A stretch of 64,000 bases of DNA from Planctomycetota bacterium (GTDB taxonomy: Bacteria > Planctomycetota > B15-G4): NCBI GenBank assembly GCA_965248575.1, contig CBDFJQ010000002.1, forward strand, positions 3,616,001-3,680,000. The letters run 5' to 3'. A program made the translations under genes and the position numbers. This document shows, in pieces, positions 11,175 through 21,428 of this stretch. Position 1 is the stretch's first letter. Every line of letters starts with the position of its first letter. Below the pieces are notes generated by a model that searched no databases, was not told the DNA's origin, and saw only the letters and a list, made by a program, of their open reading frames with translations.

Positions 11175-12322
11175 GACACCTTGGCCCCGCCGTGCTCCTG
11201 CACCAGGTCCATGAAGCGCCTGAAGAGATAGAACGCATCCCAGGGTCCGGGCGAGGCTTCCGGGTGGTACTGCACCGTGAACAAGGGCAAGTCCTTGTGG
11301 CGCAGACCTTCCACCGTGCGGTCGTTCAGGTTCTCGTGGGTGATCTCCACCATGCCCATGTCGAGGGTCGTGGCGTCCACCACATAGCTGTGGTTCTGGC
11401 TGGTGATCTCGGTGCGCTCGGTGGTCAGGTCGATGACCGGTTGGTTCACGCCGTGGTGCCCGAACTTCATCTTGGCCGTCTTGCCGCCTAGCGCGAGGGC
11501 CGTGAGCTGGTGTCCGAGGCAGATGCCGAAGGTGGGCAGCCCGCCTTCGACCAGGTCGCGGATGGTTTCGATGGCGTAGGTCAGGGGTTCCGGGTCGCCG
11601 GGACCGTTGCTCAAGAACAAGCAGTCGGGGGCCGTCTCCTTGATCTCTGCGGCCGGCGTGCTGGCCGGGTAGACCGTTACGTCGAAGCCCACCTCGTGCA
11701 GGCCGCGCAGCATGTTGCGCTTGACGCCGAAGTCCATGACCGCCAGGCGCGGACGTTCTTTGCAGACCTGCTCCAGCGTGGGCAAGAAGGGTTCGTCGAG
11801 GCCGGAAGACCAGTGCTCCTTGGTCTGGCGCGTCACCGCCTGCACGATGTCGATGCCGTGCAGCCCAGGCCAGCTGAGCACCTTGGCCTTCAGCGACTCG
11901 GGGTCGTCATCGACGCTCGAGAGGATGGCGCGCATGGAGCCCTTCTCGCGCACCTTGCGCACGATGGCGCGGGTGTCGACACCCTGCAGCCCGACGATGC
12001 CTCGCTCCCGCAACCAACTGGAGAGGTCGGTCGTCGCGCGATGGTTGCTGACGATGGGCGACAGCTCCTTGATGACGAAGCCATCGAGGTAGCAGCTGTT
12101 GGACTCCATGTCCTGCTCGTTGATGCCGGTGTTGCCGATCAACGGGTAGGTCATGAGCACGATCTGGCCACGGTAGCTGGGGTCCGTAAGGACCTCCTGG
12201 TAGCCGGACATGGCCGTGTTGAAGACCAGCTCGCCGCAGGACTCGCCGTCGTAGCCGAAGTGGGTGCCCTTGTGGACGTCGCCGTCCTCGAACACCAGAA
12301 GACAGGGCTTTGTGGTACGCAT
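11171..12322 (-). CDS. carA: Carbamoyl-phosphate synthase small subunit
   Basis: GELVFNTAMSGYQEVLTDPSY, LSNGPGDP, FGICLGHQ, SQNH and QYHPEASPGP. Confidence 0.97.
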   Translation of the reverse strand: MRTTKPCLLVFEDGDVHKGTHFGYDGESCGELVFNTAMSGYQEVLTDPSYRGQIVLMTYPLIGNTGINEQDMESNSCYLDGFVIKELSPIVSNHRATTDLSSWLRERGIVGLQGVDTRAIVRKVREKGSMRAILSSVDDDPESLKAKVLSWPGLHGIDIVQAVTRQTKEHWSSGLDEPFLPTLEQVCKERPRLAVMDFGVKRNMLRGLHEVGFDVTVYPASTPAAEIKETAPDCLFLSNGPGDPEPLTYAIETIRDLVEGGLPTFGICLGHQLTALALGGKTAKMKFGHHGVNQPVIDLTTERTEITSQNHSYVVDATTLDMGMVEITHENLNDRTVEGLRHKDLPLFTVQYHPEASPGPWDAFYLFRRFMDLVQEHGGAKVS

Positions 12323-12381
12323 CCCGGCATCCTACCGGGGTCTGGCGCGGCCCGTCGAGGCACTGGCTGGGGTTCTGTGGC

Positions 12382-13407
12382 TCAGTCCGCTCGGGGGGCG
12401 GCATCCAGGGAGAGGTCGGCGCTGACGCCTTGCTCCAGCAGGTGGTAGCCGAGGCCTGCGATCATCACGGCGTTGTCCGTGGCCAGCTGGCGGCTGGGGA
12501 GGTAGAGCGGTAGCCCGAGGGCGTCCGCTTCCCCCTGCATCCGGGCCCGGAGCGCGCTGTTGGCGGCCACGCCTCCACAGATCAGCAGCCCCCGGGCGTC
12601 CAGGGACCTGGCCGCCTGCACGAGACGGTTGGCGAGCACGTCCACCACCGCGGCCTGAAAGGAGGCGGCGAGGTCCGGGAAGTTCAGGTCGGGCAGCAGG
12701 GGCGTGCCCCGGCGGGCATTGGGGCCCCGGGTGGCATAGCGCACCGCGGTCTTCAGCCCAGAAAAGGAGAAGTCGAGGCCGTCCACCTTGCTGCGGGGAA
12801 AGGGATAGGCCTTGGGGTCGCCCGTGACGGCCAGCTTGTCGATGATGGGGCCGCCGGGGTAGCCGAGCTCCAGCAGGGCCGACACCTTGTCGTAGGCCTC
12901 GCCGGCCGCGTCGTCGATGGTGCGACCGATGCGCCGGTGGCGGGTGGGCCCGGTGCTCTCATAAAGGGAGGTGTGCCCACCGGAAACCACCAGTGAGGCG
13001 ATGGGCCAGTTGCCGTCCTCCAGGACCTCACCCGGCGCTTCCATCAGGGCGCCGTAGACGTGGCCGTGGACGTGGTTGACCGGGATGATCGGTTTGCCCA
13101 GCGCCATGGCCAGGCCCTTGGTGGCCGACAGGCCCACGAGCAGGCAACCCACCAGGCCCGGGGTGTTCGTGACGGCCAGGGCGTCCACATCGGCCAGGGT
13201 CTTGCCGGCTGCGCTGAGGGTGTCCTCCACCACGGGGAAGAGCGCCTCGAGGTGGCTGCGGCTGGCCACCTCCGGGATCACGCCCCCGAAGCGGGCGTGG
13301 AGATCGACTTGGCTGGCGACCCGCTCCCCGAGCACCTCGCGCCCGTCGCGCACCAGGGCAGCGGCGGTTTCGTCGCAGGAAGATTCGAGGCCGAGCACGA
13401 GGGTCAT
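12382..13407 (-). CDS. tsaD: tRNA N6-adenosine threonylcarbamoyltransferase
   Basis: LGLESSCDET, GGVIPEVASRSH, VNHVHGH, LVVSGGHT, DDAAGEAYDK, FSFSGLKT and TDNAVMIA. ATG at 13407 gives the canonical length. Confidence 0.97.
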   Translation of the reverse strand: MTLVLGLESSCDETAAALVRDGREVLGERVASQVDLHARFGGVIPEVASRSHLEALFPVVEDTLSAAGKTLADVDALAVTNTPGLVGCLLVGLSATKGLAMALGKPIIPVNHVHGHVYGALMEAPGEVLEDGNWPIASLVVSGGHTSLYESTGPTRHRRIGRTIDDAAGEAYDKVSALLELGYPGGPIIDKLAVTGDPKAYPFPRSKVDGLDFSFSGLKTAVRYATRGPNARRGTPLLPDLNFPDLAASFQAAVVDVLANRLVQAARSLDARGLLICGGVAANSALRARMQGEADALGLPLYLPSRQLATDNAVMIAGLGYHLLEQGVSADLSLDAAPRAD

Positions 13408-13716
13408 GGGGTGGGTTTTTTTTGGAGGGCCGAGCCCGATCTGGGTGGCCAGGCACTGGCTGAAAGCTGGGTCGCGGGCCCTGCCGGTCGAGAGGGCGCG
13501 CCAGGATACCCCTTGAAAGGGGGGCAGAGCCGCCCAGTTCGGCATTCCGTTCCCAGGAGTCGTGGCCCGTCCTACCGATTGCCGGTCCCCCGGTCGGCCC
13601 GGGCCCGACTGGCCGCAGGAGGCGTTCCCGGGGGAAGCGGGGCGATCCCTCTCAAGGCCGTGCTCAATCCTTACCGATAGGCGCGGTTCCTATGTATCGC
13701 GACCGATGCGTACCCC

Positions 13717-16461
13717 GTGAGGATGAATAACGTGAAGACGAAGGCAGAGCGGCCGGGCTTGAAGACCCGCGCCATGAACTGGATCGCCCGGGCAGCGATT
13801 GTTGTGGTGACGTTTGGCGTCATCGCGACCTCTGCTGATGCGGCGGTGGGCAAGATCGGCAAGCTTCAGAAGAAGCTCAACAAGACTGAAGCCAGCATCA
13901 CGGCCAAGGAAGCCTTGGTGGATGCGGCCGAGCTCCAGCTTCCCTTGGAGGAAGCGAACTTGGTCCAGGCCCAGCTTGATCTCGTGGCGGCGCAGGGATT
14001 GCCGCAGACCACGAAGGCCGAGAAGAAGGTCGCGAAGAAGGCCACCAAGGCTGCGAACAAGGCTGCGAAGCGCGCTGTGAAGCGCATCAGCAAGCTGACG
14101 CAGAAGGTCGCGAAGCTTCAGAACCAGATCGCAAACAAGATCGCGTTGGTCGCGGCCATCGAGCTCAAGCTCGATGAGCTCACCATTGGTGGATTGCCCC
14201 TTCCGGGCGCTCTTGGCACGCCTGGCCTGGAGCTCCCCGAGCAGGTGGCCATGTTCACCGCTTCGATCGAGGACGACGAAGACGACGGTCAGCCCGAAGT
14301 GATGAAGAAGGGCGGCGCCCTGCCGGCCGAGTTCGGTCTTCCGAGCGATTCCGACTTCCACACCGATGAGACGCACACCTTCGTGTACGACCCGTCCATG
14401 GAGAGCCTGGATTCGGTCAACAACATCCTGTGCCTGATCCGCCAGACGGCCTTCGAGGCCCTGGTGAACGAGGGTGCCTACGTGGCCCAGATCGATCCCA
14501 ACCTGTGCAACGCCGGCGGTTCCGCCGACGGTCAGGAAGGCGACGTGCAGGCCGTGGAGCTGTGGACCGTCAACAGCGTGCGCAAGGACGAGGAGGCACA
14601 GCATGTCATCGGTGTCTGGGTTCCCCAGATGGACGACGACGGCCCGGCCGCCACGATCCATGCCCGCATGGTGATCCTCGAGGAGCCCAGCGAAGAGAAC
14701 CCCTTCGGTGTCTTCTCCCTGGACTTCGAAGGTCTCGCTGATGGCGATGCGAGCGGTGACCCGTTGTTCTGGGGCACCATCGAATCCTCCAACGCCCTGA
14801 GCGGTTTCACCGGCTTCTCGTTCTACGAGCAGAACGGTGTCGAAGGCACGAGCAACTTCAGTGAGCGTGCCGTGCACGTGAACATCGACGCCAACGGCGC
14901 CGGTGTTGCCCGTGTTGTCGAGAACGGCGACGAGGCCCAGTCCTACTTGCTCGCCTTCGATGACGACAACGTCCTTCGCCAGGAGGGTGTCGCGACTCCG
15001 GATTGCCTGAGCCGCAACACTTTCGAGACGAGCGTATGGAACTACAACCTCTATGAGGCTGAGGGTGTCAACGTCGGCGGTGCCGTGCAGCACAACGGCG
15101 GTTTTGGAATCGCCACCGAGGACGGCAACTACGGCTGGATCGGCTACAACGGTCTGTGGCTGTCAGAGGACTCGCAGGTGGTCACCGGCGACAACGTCGT
15201 CAAGAACACCTTCGACGCCGGCGACAACCCCGAGACCTACACGGTCCTCAACGCCCCCGGCCGTTTGCTCCGCTACACGCAGAACAAGTTGGCCTTGTCC
15301 AGCATCGATGGTGCCCAGTTCGAGTACTGGGAGATCAGCGACACCACGCCCGGCTCCGGCCAGGGCACGCCCCCGGCTTCGAGCTTCGGCCCGAACCTCG
15401 ATCTGCCCACCACGAAGTACATCGTGGAGTACGATCACAACTCTGGCGAGTTCCGGAAGATCGGTTCCTTCAACGGTGACGAGAGCGTCACGCTGCTGAA
15501 CCCGGCCTTGGCGATCGACGTCGAGACCCTGGGTTACCTGGACATGTGGTCCGCTGGCCTCGGTGGCTCGGTCGCTTACGTCTACGGTGATGTGGATGTG
15601 ACCTTCTTCGGCGAAGAGATCGTCAGCGGCAACGACCCGGTCTTCGGCCAGGACGGTTCGCTGGACCTCTTCGGTTTCGTGGATGCGCTGTCTTCCGGCA
15701 TCAACAGCCAGCAGGCTGAGCTGGGCACGGTCTTCCTGAACAACTCCATGGACGTCGAGGCGCCCTACGAGTTCACGTTCGAGAAGGACGACCTGACCCT
15801 CTACCACGACGTGAATGGCAACGGTGTCATGCTCAACGTGGTGGGTCTGGCCAATGGCGTGACCTACGACAGTGGCCCCTTCGCTGACGGCATGCGCAGC
15901 GGCCCCATGGTCACGGACACGGGCGACCTGTCCAACGTGTTCGACGCCTGGAACCAGCCCAGCTTCTACGTCTACGAGACGGGACCCAACGACTGGAACA
16001 AGTTCTCGACGCTCATCGATAGCCAGGGCGACTACCTGGACTTCGAGCCGCCTGTGCAGTTCACCTACACGCACAGCACGGCGAACGACAAGAACGGTTC
16101 CTCCGAGCACGACGGCCAGACCTTCCAGTTGCAGTTCTACGGTCAGGGCGAGTTGCAGGGCATCCCCCACGAAGCCGTCGATCTCAACGGTGACGGTGAG
16201 TTCGATCGTTGGTACCCCATCTTCGACATCGCCGATGGCACGGTCATCGGGCCCCAGGGCAACGAGTTCCTGGTGCGCGGTATCGAGATGGAGCAGCGTC
16301 TGGCGGCCGACAACGGCGCCTGCACGGGGCTCAACCCCAACGACGCCTTGATCCTGACCACGCCTGACGGCAGCTCCTTCGAGCAGCCGAACATCGGTGA
16401 CAAGCCTGTCGTGACCGGCCCCCCGGCCGTGATCGCCGGTGAGGTGCAGGGCGACGACTAA
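13717..16461 (+). CDS. Large secreted protein with Lys/Ala-rich coiled-coil N-terminus and acidic beta-rich body (possible surface protein)
   Basis: 914-aa ORF with a signal-peptide-like segment (AAIVVVTFGVIATSADA), strong codon bias and a downstream terminator. No recognised catalytic motif. Confidence 0.75.
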   Translation: MRMNNVKTKAERPGLKTRAMNWIARAAIVVVTFGVIATSADAAVGKIGKLQKKLNKTEASITAKEALVDAAELQLPLEEANLVQAQLDLVAAQGLPQTTKAEKKVAKKATKAANKAAKRAVKRISKLTQKVAKLQNQIANKIALVAAIELKLDELTIGGLPLPGALGTPGLELPEQVAMFTASIEDDEDDGQPEVMKKGGALPAEFGLPSDSDFHTDETHTFVYDPSMESLDSVNNILCLIRQTAFEALVNEGAYVAQIDPNLCNAGGSADGQEGDVQAVELWTVNSVRKDEEAQHVIGVWVPQMDDDGPAATIHARMVILEEPSEENPFGVFSLDFEGLADGDASGDPLFWGTIESSNALSGFTGFSFYEQNGVEGTSNFSERAVHVNIDANGAGVARVVENGDEAQSYLLAFDDDNVLRQEGVATPDCLSRNTFETSVWNYNLYEAEGVNVGGAVQHNGGFGIATEDGNYGWIGYNGLWLSEDSQVVTGDNVVKNTFDAGDNPETYTVLNAPGRLLRYTQNKLALSSIDGAQFEYWEISDTTPGSGQGTPPASSFGPNLDLPTTKYIVEYDHNSGEFRKIGSFNGDESVTLLNPALAIDVETLGYLDMWSAGLGGSVAYVYGDVDVTFFGEEIVSGNDPVFGQDGSLDLFGFVDALSSGINSQQAELGTVFLNNSMDVEAPYEFTFEKDDLTLYHDVNGNGVMLNVVGLANGVTYDSGPFADGMRSGPMVTDTGDLSNVFDAWNQPSFYVYETGPNDWNKFSTLIDSQGDYLDFEPPVQFTYTHSTANDKNGSSEHDGQTFQLQFYGQGELQGIPHEAVDLNGDGEFDRWYPIFDIADGTVIGPQGNEFLVRGIEMEQRLAADNGACTGLNPNDALILTTPDGSSFEQPNIGDKPVVTGPPAVIAGEVQGDD

Positions 16462-16501
16462 GGCCTCTTCCAGCTGACCAGCGGTCAGCTAGCAGAGTGA
16501 G

Positions 16502-16549
16502 CAGGCCCCCGGACCCGGGGAAACTCGGGTTCGGGGGCTTGTTTCGTTT
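16502..16549 (+). terminator. Rho-independent terminator
   Basis: CAGGCCCCCGGACCCGGG-GAAA-CTCGGGTTCGGGGGCTTG stem followed by TTTCGTTT. A second hairpin AGCTGACC-agc-GGTCAGCT lies at 16472-16490. Confidence 0.85.
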
Positions 16550-16564
16550 GGCAGGAACGCCGCC

Positions 16565-17287
16565 CTAGGAGCCGAGGCGCGCGGCGAGCCGGCGCAGCAG
16601 CTCGGCACCATCCCCGCGCCAACAGGCGCCGTGCATGCAGGCCAAGAGCTCGGGCTGGGTGCGGGCCAGCTTCTCCAGCTGGTCGCCCGTATCGCGGCCG
16701 TGGGCGAAGTAATCGAAGCGCGCGCGCATGGCCTCGCTCGCCTCCAGCGGATCGTGTTCGCTGAGGGGCTCATGCTGGTCGCCGGACTGCGTGAACAGGT
16801 CCCCGCAGAACAGCGTGCGTGTCGTCGTCTCGAACAGGTGCCCGCACTCCCAACCGTGGGGCACATGGGGTGTCGCCAACCAGCGCACCGTGTGCTTGCC
16901 GAGGCAGAGCTCTTCGCCATCGATCAGCCCCCGGGCGGGGCGGTCAGCCACGTCGTCGGCCGAGAGGTCGCGCATGAGCACGCCGCACAGTGGCTCGGCT
17001 TGCGGTGCCTCCGCCAAGAACTCGTTCAGGCTGCCGCACTCATCCGCCTCCCAGTGGGAGAAGGAGATCCAGCGCAGCCGTTCGAGGGGCATGACGGAGG
17101 CCACAGCCTCCCGCACCAGGGGGAACATGCGCCGCAGCCCGGTGTGGTAGAGCAACGGCTGCTCGTCGTCGATGAGGAACTGGTTGTAGGTGAAGCCGTC
17201 GGGGATGACATCGGCAGGAACCGGCGTGCTGATGCGGTAGATGCCGTCTGCGATCTCGTCGACGCGCGTACCGGATGCCGGGTTCAT
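16565..17287 (-). CDS. MBL-fold metallo-hydrolase, FprA/ODP-like di-iron domain without flavodoxin
   Basis: FTYNQFLI, SFSHWEADECG, TPHVPHGWE, LFCGDLF and LACMHG. ATG at 17287. Confidence 0.85.
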   Translation of the reverse strand: MNPASGTRVDEIADGIYRISTPVPADVIPDGFTYNQFLIDDEQPLLYHTGLRRMFPLVREAVASVMPLERLRWISFSHWEADECGSLNEFLAEAPQAEPLCGVLMRDLSADDVADRPARGLIDGEELCLGKHTVRWLATPHVPHGWECGHLFETTTRTLFCGDLFTQSGDQHEPLSEHDPLEASEAMRARFDYFAHGRDTGDQLEKLARTQPELLACMHGACWRGDGAELLRRLAARLGS

Positions 17288-17351
17288 GGTCTGCTGCCTC
17301 TGTCTTGGGGGCCCGGCTGCCCGTGACTCGAGGGACTCGAGAGCGCGAAGC

Positions 17352-18983
17352 CTAGAGCGGAACCGCACCACCGTAGGCCACGCCGCTGAGGTAGGCCATG
17401 TCGCGCTTCCAGGTGGTGAGGTCGTCGTGCGAGAACTCGGACAGGTGGCTGTGCCCGCAGGCCCGGGCCATGACCACCATGAGATCGGTCGCGGCGCGGA
17501 AGAAGCGCTCCAGGCGCAGCGCGCCCTTCTCGATCTCGAGTCGCTTGCGCAGGTGCTCCTTCTGGGTCGCGATGCCGACGGGGCAGTTGTTGGTGTTGCA
17601 GGCCCGCATGCCGATGCAGCCAATGGCTTGCAGGGCGGCGTTGCTGAGGGCGACGGCGTCGGCGCCCAGAGCCAGGGCCTTGGCGAAGTCGGCGGGGGTG
17701 CGCAGGCCGCCCGTGATCACCAAGGTGATGTCGCTACGCCCTTGGGCGTCGAGGTGCCGGCGCGCCCGGGCCAGGGCCGGGACGGTGGGCACGGAGATGT
17801 TGTCCTTGAACAGGTTTGGTGCTGCACCTGTGCCGCCGCCTCGGCCGTCCAGGATCACGTAGTCGACGCCGATGCGCAGCGCGGCGTCGAGGTCCTTCTC
17901 CACATGCTGCGCCGAGAGCTTGAAGCCGATGGGGATGCCGCCCGTGAGTTGGCGCACATGGTCGGCGAAAGTGCGGTAGTCCTCCTCACTCGTCCAGTCC
18001 GGGAAGCGGGCTGGGGAGATGGCCGACTGGCCTTCGGGTAGGCCGCGCACGCTCGCGATCTTGCCCTTGACCTTGGCCCCCGGCAGGTGGCCACCGGTGC
18101 CGGTCTTGGCGCCCTGGCCTCCTTTGAAGTGGAAGGCCTGGACACGCTTCAACAGCTCGTCCTTGAAACCGAAGCGGGCCGACGCCAGCTCGTAGAAGTA
18201 GCGGCTGTTCTCCGCCTGCTCCTCAGGGAGCATGCCCCCTTCGCCGGAGCAGATGCCGGTGCCCGCCTTCTCGGCGCCCCGTGCCAGGGAGACCTTGGCT
18301 TCTTCCGACAGGGCGCCGTAGCTCATGTCCGACACGAAGAGCGGCAGCGCGAGCCGCAGGGGCTTCTTGGCGTTGGGACCGATGACGACGTCGGTGCCCA
18401 CCGGATGGTCGTCCAGGTGCGGGAAGCGCTGGAGCTGTGCCGTCACGAACTGGATGTCGTCCCAGCTGGGGACTTCCTGGCGGGGAACGCCCATGGCCGA
18501 TGCCGGGCCGTGGTGGCCCGAGCGCTCCAGGCCGTGCTTGGCCAGCTCCTGGATCAGGGCCACATGCGGTTCTTCGATGGCGGGGTGCGTGTCTGCGTAA
18601 TCGCCCAGGTAGGCCTTGCGCGCGAACGGCTGTGGGTTGGCGTCGTGCCAGCTGGCGATCTCGTCGCCATCCACCCAGACCTGGCCGTCCTCCACCCAGG
18701 CGTTGAACTTCTGCAGCTGTTCTTCGTTGTTGTATTCGCTGATGCCGCTGTCGACGCGGAAGTCCCAGTTGTGCACGCCGCAAACGATGTTGTCACCGCG
18801 CACATCGCCGTCAGCCAGGAGGGCCCCGCGATGGGGGCAGCGGCCATAGAGCACGGACACCTCGTCGCCCAAGCGCACGACCACGAGATCGACGTTGGCC
18901 ACCTGTGCGTGCTGCGGCAAACGATCTTCCAACTGATCCCACTGGGCGATGGCGACCTGCGACGAGTCTTGAACGGTGCTCAT
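17352..18983 (-). CDS. Rieske [2Fe-2S] plus FMN-binding glutamate synthase domain fusion
   Basis: Rieske CPHRG...CGVHNW, MSYGALS, SGEGG, GQGAKTGTGGHLPGAKV, DGRGGGTGA and the [3Fe-4S] motif CIGMRACNTNNCPVGIATQ. Confidence 0.92.
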   Translation of the reverse strand: MSTVQDSSQVAIAQWDQLEDRLPQHAQVANVDLVVVRLGDEVSVLYGRCPHRGALLADGDVRGDNIVCGVHNWDFRVDSGISEYNNEEQLQKFNAWVEDGQVWVDGDEIASWHDANPQPFARKAYLGDYADTHPAIEEPHVALIQELAKHGLERSGHHGPASAMGVPRQEVPSWDDIQFVTAQLQRFPHLDDHPVGTDVVIGPNAKKPLRLALPLFVSDMSYGALSEEAKVSLARGAEKAGTGICSGEGGMLPEEQAENSRYFYELASARFGFKDELLKRVQAFHFKGGQGAKTGTGGHLPGAKVKGKIASVRGLPEGQSAISPARFPDWTSEEDYRTFADHVRQLTGGIPIGFKLSAQHVEKDLDAALRIGVDYVILDGRGGGTGAAPNLFKDNISVPTVPALARARRHLDAQGRSDITLVITGGLRTPADFAKALALGADAVALSNAALQAIGCIGMRACNTNNCPVGIATQKEHLRKRLEIEKGALRLERFFRAATDLMVVMARACGHSHLSEFSHDDLTTWKRDMAYLSGVAYGGAVPL

Positions 18984-19981
18984 GACCTGATCTGCTCCAA
19001 CAGGCTTCGCGCCGCAGGAACCGCGGCCTCGAGGAAGGTGCGTAGGCAGTCGGCCGCGTCGCCGACCGGCGCGCGGATTGGGACCGATGAAGACGCGGGG
19101 CTGTCTGATTCCGCTGCAGCGGGCGTCTCGCTGGGCGTGGTTGGTGCGGCCGCCGTGAGCAGCTCGTCGGCGAGCAGCACCGCACCGGTCCAGCCCTCCG
19201 TGTGCCAGTGGCCCAGGGGCAGGTCGGGCAGCGCGGCGTCGCTCGCGGGCGCAGGCCAGGGTGTCACGTAGAAGTAGGGTTGCTCGATGCCCTCGTCCCC
19301 GGGAGAGAAGCCGACACCCACGGAGCTGTCCTCCGCGGAGCCGGAGGGTGCCAGTACCGGTACCGGCACCAGGGTGGCGAGGTCGAAGTGGTGGGGCCAG
19401 CAGCGCAAGGGCGACGCGTCGGCTTGGGCCTGTCGGACTTGGTCCAGGGCGGCGTGTGCCAAGGAGTACCAGTGGGCCAGTTCGGCAGGGGTTCCCGGGG
19501 CGACATCGTTGGGTTCGAAGTAGCGGCTTCCGTCAGCCACCGGATGAGGCGGGAGCTCGTAGGGCTTGTCCAACTGGTAACGCGCCGCGCTCAGGTCGCG
19601 CAAGGCAAGCTGGGCACGCAACCATCCGGCCATCTCGGTGCGCACGCGCCCGGTGATGGCCAGTTCGAAGAGGACGTTCTGATGCTCATCCAGAAGCAGC
19701 AGCATGGGGCGGTCCATACGCAGTCCGACATGCGGAGCCCTCTCGTGCGTTCCCAGTTGGCGGCTGACGAACGCATAGTGCTCGCTGTTCCAACTCAGGT
19801 TCGCGAGGGCGTCGTCCGGGAGTGGGCTGGCGAAGCTGCGGGCTGCGGCGGCCACGAGCTGCAAGGCCTGGTGCAACTGCTCTCGCGCCGGAGCGAGCGC
19901 TGCGGGCTGGAAGCTCCCGAGCTCCAAGTTGGCCACATGAGCCAAGACGGGATGCACAACGGGGCGGTTCGTGGGATGCAT
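18980..19981 (-). CDS. Hypothetical protein, DUF5996-like
   Basis: LHQALQLV...ANLSW, WPHHFDLA and VGFSPGDEGIEQPYFYVTPWP resemble DUF5996 from recall. The stop overlaps the next ATG (ATGA). Confidence 0.6.
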   Translation of the reverse strand: MHPTNRPVVHPVLAHVANLELGSFQPAALAPAREQLHQALQLVAAAARSFASPLPDDALANLSWNSEHYAFVSRQLGTHERAPHVGLRMDRPMLLLLDEHQNVLFELAITGRVRTEMAGWLRAQLALRDLSAARYQLDKPYELPPHPVADGSRYFEPNDVAPGTPAELAHWYSLAHAALDQVRQAQADASPLRCWPHHFDLATLVPVPVLAPSGSAEDSSVGVGFSPGDEGIEQPYFYVTPWPAPASDAALPDLPLGHWHTEGWTGAVLLADELLTAAAPTTPSETPAAAESDSPASSSVPIRAPVGDAADCLRTFLEAAVPAARSLLEQIRS

Positions 19982-20108
19982 GGGATCACGAGGGTCTGGG
20001 TGGGCTGGCCTTGGGCATTCACTATTCGGAGGGACCCGGTCGGCGCAGCATAACCAGGGGGGGGCCGACATCGGGCGATGGGACTTCCGCCCATGGTAGG
20101 GCGGTCTT

Positions 20109-21323
20109 CTAGACGGCCTGCAGTGGGGGGTAGCAGTTCTCCGAAGCTGCGGCGGCGCGAGCGACCGCGGCGGCTACGCGGCTGGCCACGGAACGGTCGA
20201 AGGCCTGGGGCAGGATCATTTCAGGTGTGGGGCGAGTCACGCTTCCGGCAATGGCGTCCACCGCAGCCCACTTCATGGCGCTGGTGAAGCACGAGGCGCG
20301 GGCATCGAGAGCTCCGCGGAACAGCCCAGGGAAGGCGAGTACGTTGTTGACCTGGTTGGGGTAGTCGCTGCGACCCGTACCGATGACGGCGGCGCCTGCA
20401 CGAAGAGCCGCCTCAGGATTCACCTCGGGCTGCGGGTTGGCCATGGCCAGGACAATGGGGCCGGGGGCCATGCTGCGCACGTCGTCTTCACTCACGATGT
20501 CGCCGCGGCTGACGCCGATGAAGACATCTGCGCCGCGCAGGGCATCGGAGAGGCTGCCCGTCCTGCCCTCGGGGTTGGTCAGCTGGGCCAGCTCTTCCTT
20601 GATGGGGTCGGGCTGGCCGCCTGGCTTTGAGGCGCTGCCGGGGGCGAGGATGCCGCGGCTGTCACAGACGCTGATGCGCCTCACGGGAATGCAGCGGTCG
20701 TCTGCATCGCTGCAGGTCAGAAGGCGGGTGATCGCGCGCCCCGCGGCACCGGCGCCAGCGATGACGACGTGCAGCTCCCCCAGATTCCGGCCCAGGGCTT
20801 CGCAGGCGTTGGTGAGCGCGGCGAGCAACACGATTGCCGTGCCATGTTGGTCGTCGTGCAGGACGGGGATGCCGATGTCCTGTAGGCGATCCTCGATCTC
20901 GAAGCAGCGGGGTGCCGAGATGTCTTCGAGATTGATGCCGCCATAACTCGGCGCGATGGCGCGCACGATGTCCACGATGCGATCAGGGTCCCGCTCGTCG
21001 AGCACGACGGGCACCGCGTCCACGCCAGCAAACTCCTTGAAGAGCGCGGCCTTGCCTTCCATGACAGGCAGCGCCGCGAGCGGCCCTAGATCGCCCAGGC
21101 CCAGGATGGCCGAGCCGTCCGAGACCACGGCCACCGTCCTGCCCTTCCAGGTCAGGTCCCAGGCCGCACCCGGGTTCTCGGCAATGGCTTCGCAGGGGCG
21201 GGCGACGCCCGGTGTGTAGGCCAGGCTCAGGTCCTCCGCGTTGTCGAGACGCATGAGGGACGTGATGCCAATCTTGCCGCGGCTGGCCGCATGCTTGGCG
21301 AGAGATCGTTCGTAGATGTCCAC
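20109..21323 (-). CDS. NAD(P)-dependent malic enzyme (short type)
   Basis: [57 protein letters not shown] and [11 protein letters not shown]. Confidence 0.95.
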   Translation of the reverse strand: MDIYERSLAKHAASRGKIGITSLMRLDNAEDLSLAYTPGVARPCEAIAENPGAAWDLTWKGRTVAVVSDGSAILGLGDLGPLAALPVMEGKAALFKEFAGVDAVPVVLDERDPDRIVDIVRAIAPSYGGINLEDISAPRCFEIEDRLQDIGIPVLHDDQHGTAIVLLAALTNACEALGRNLGELHVVIAGAGAAGRAITRLLTCSDADDRCIPVRRISVCDSRGILAPGSASKPGGQPDPIKEELAQLTNPEGRTGSLSDALRGADVFIGVSRGDIVSEDDVRSMAPGPIVLAMANPQPEVNPEAALRAGAAVIGTGRSDYPNQVNNVLAFPGLFRGALDARASCFTSAMKWAAVDAIAGSVTRPTPEMILPQAFDRSVASRVAAAVARAAAASENCYPPLQAV

Positions 21324-21428
21324 GGCAGCCCGTCCTCCTGGAGTCCTGCGTGTTCCGTTCCCGCCCTTCGTACCAGGCGGGTCTGATGCCCCTGAGTGCC
21401 CGAGGTTTCAGCAGTGTGTTCGGGAGGC

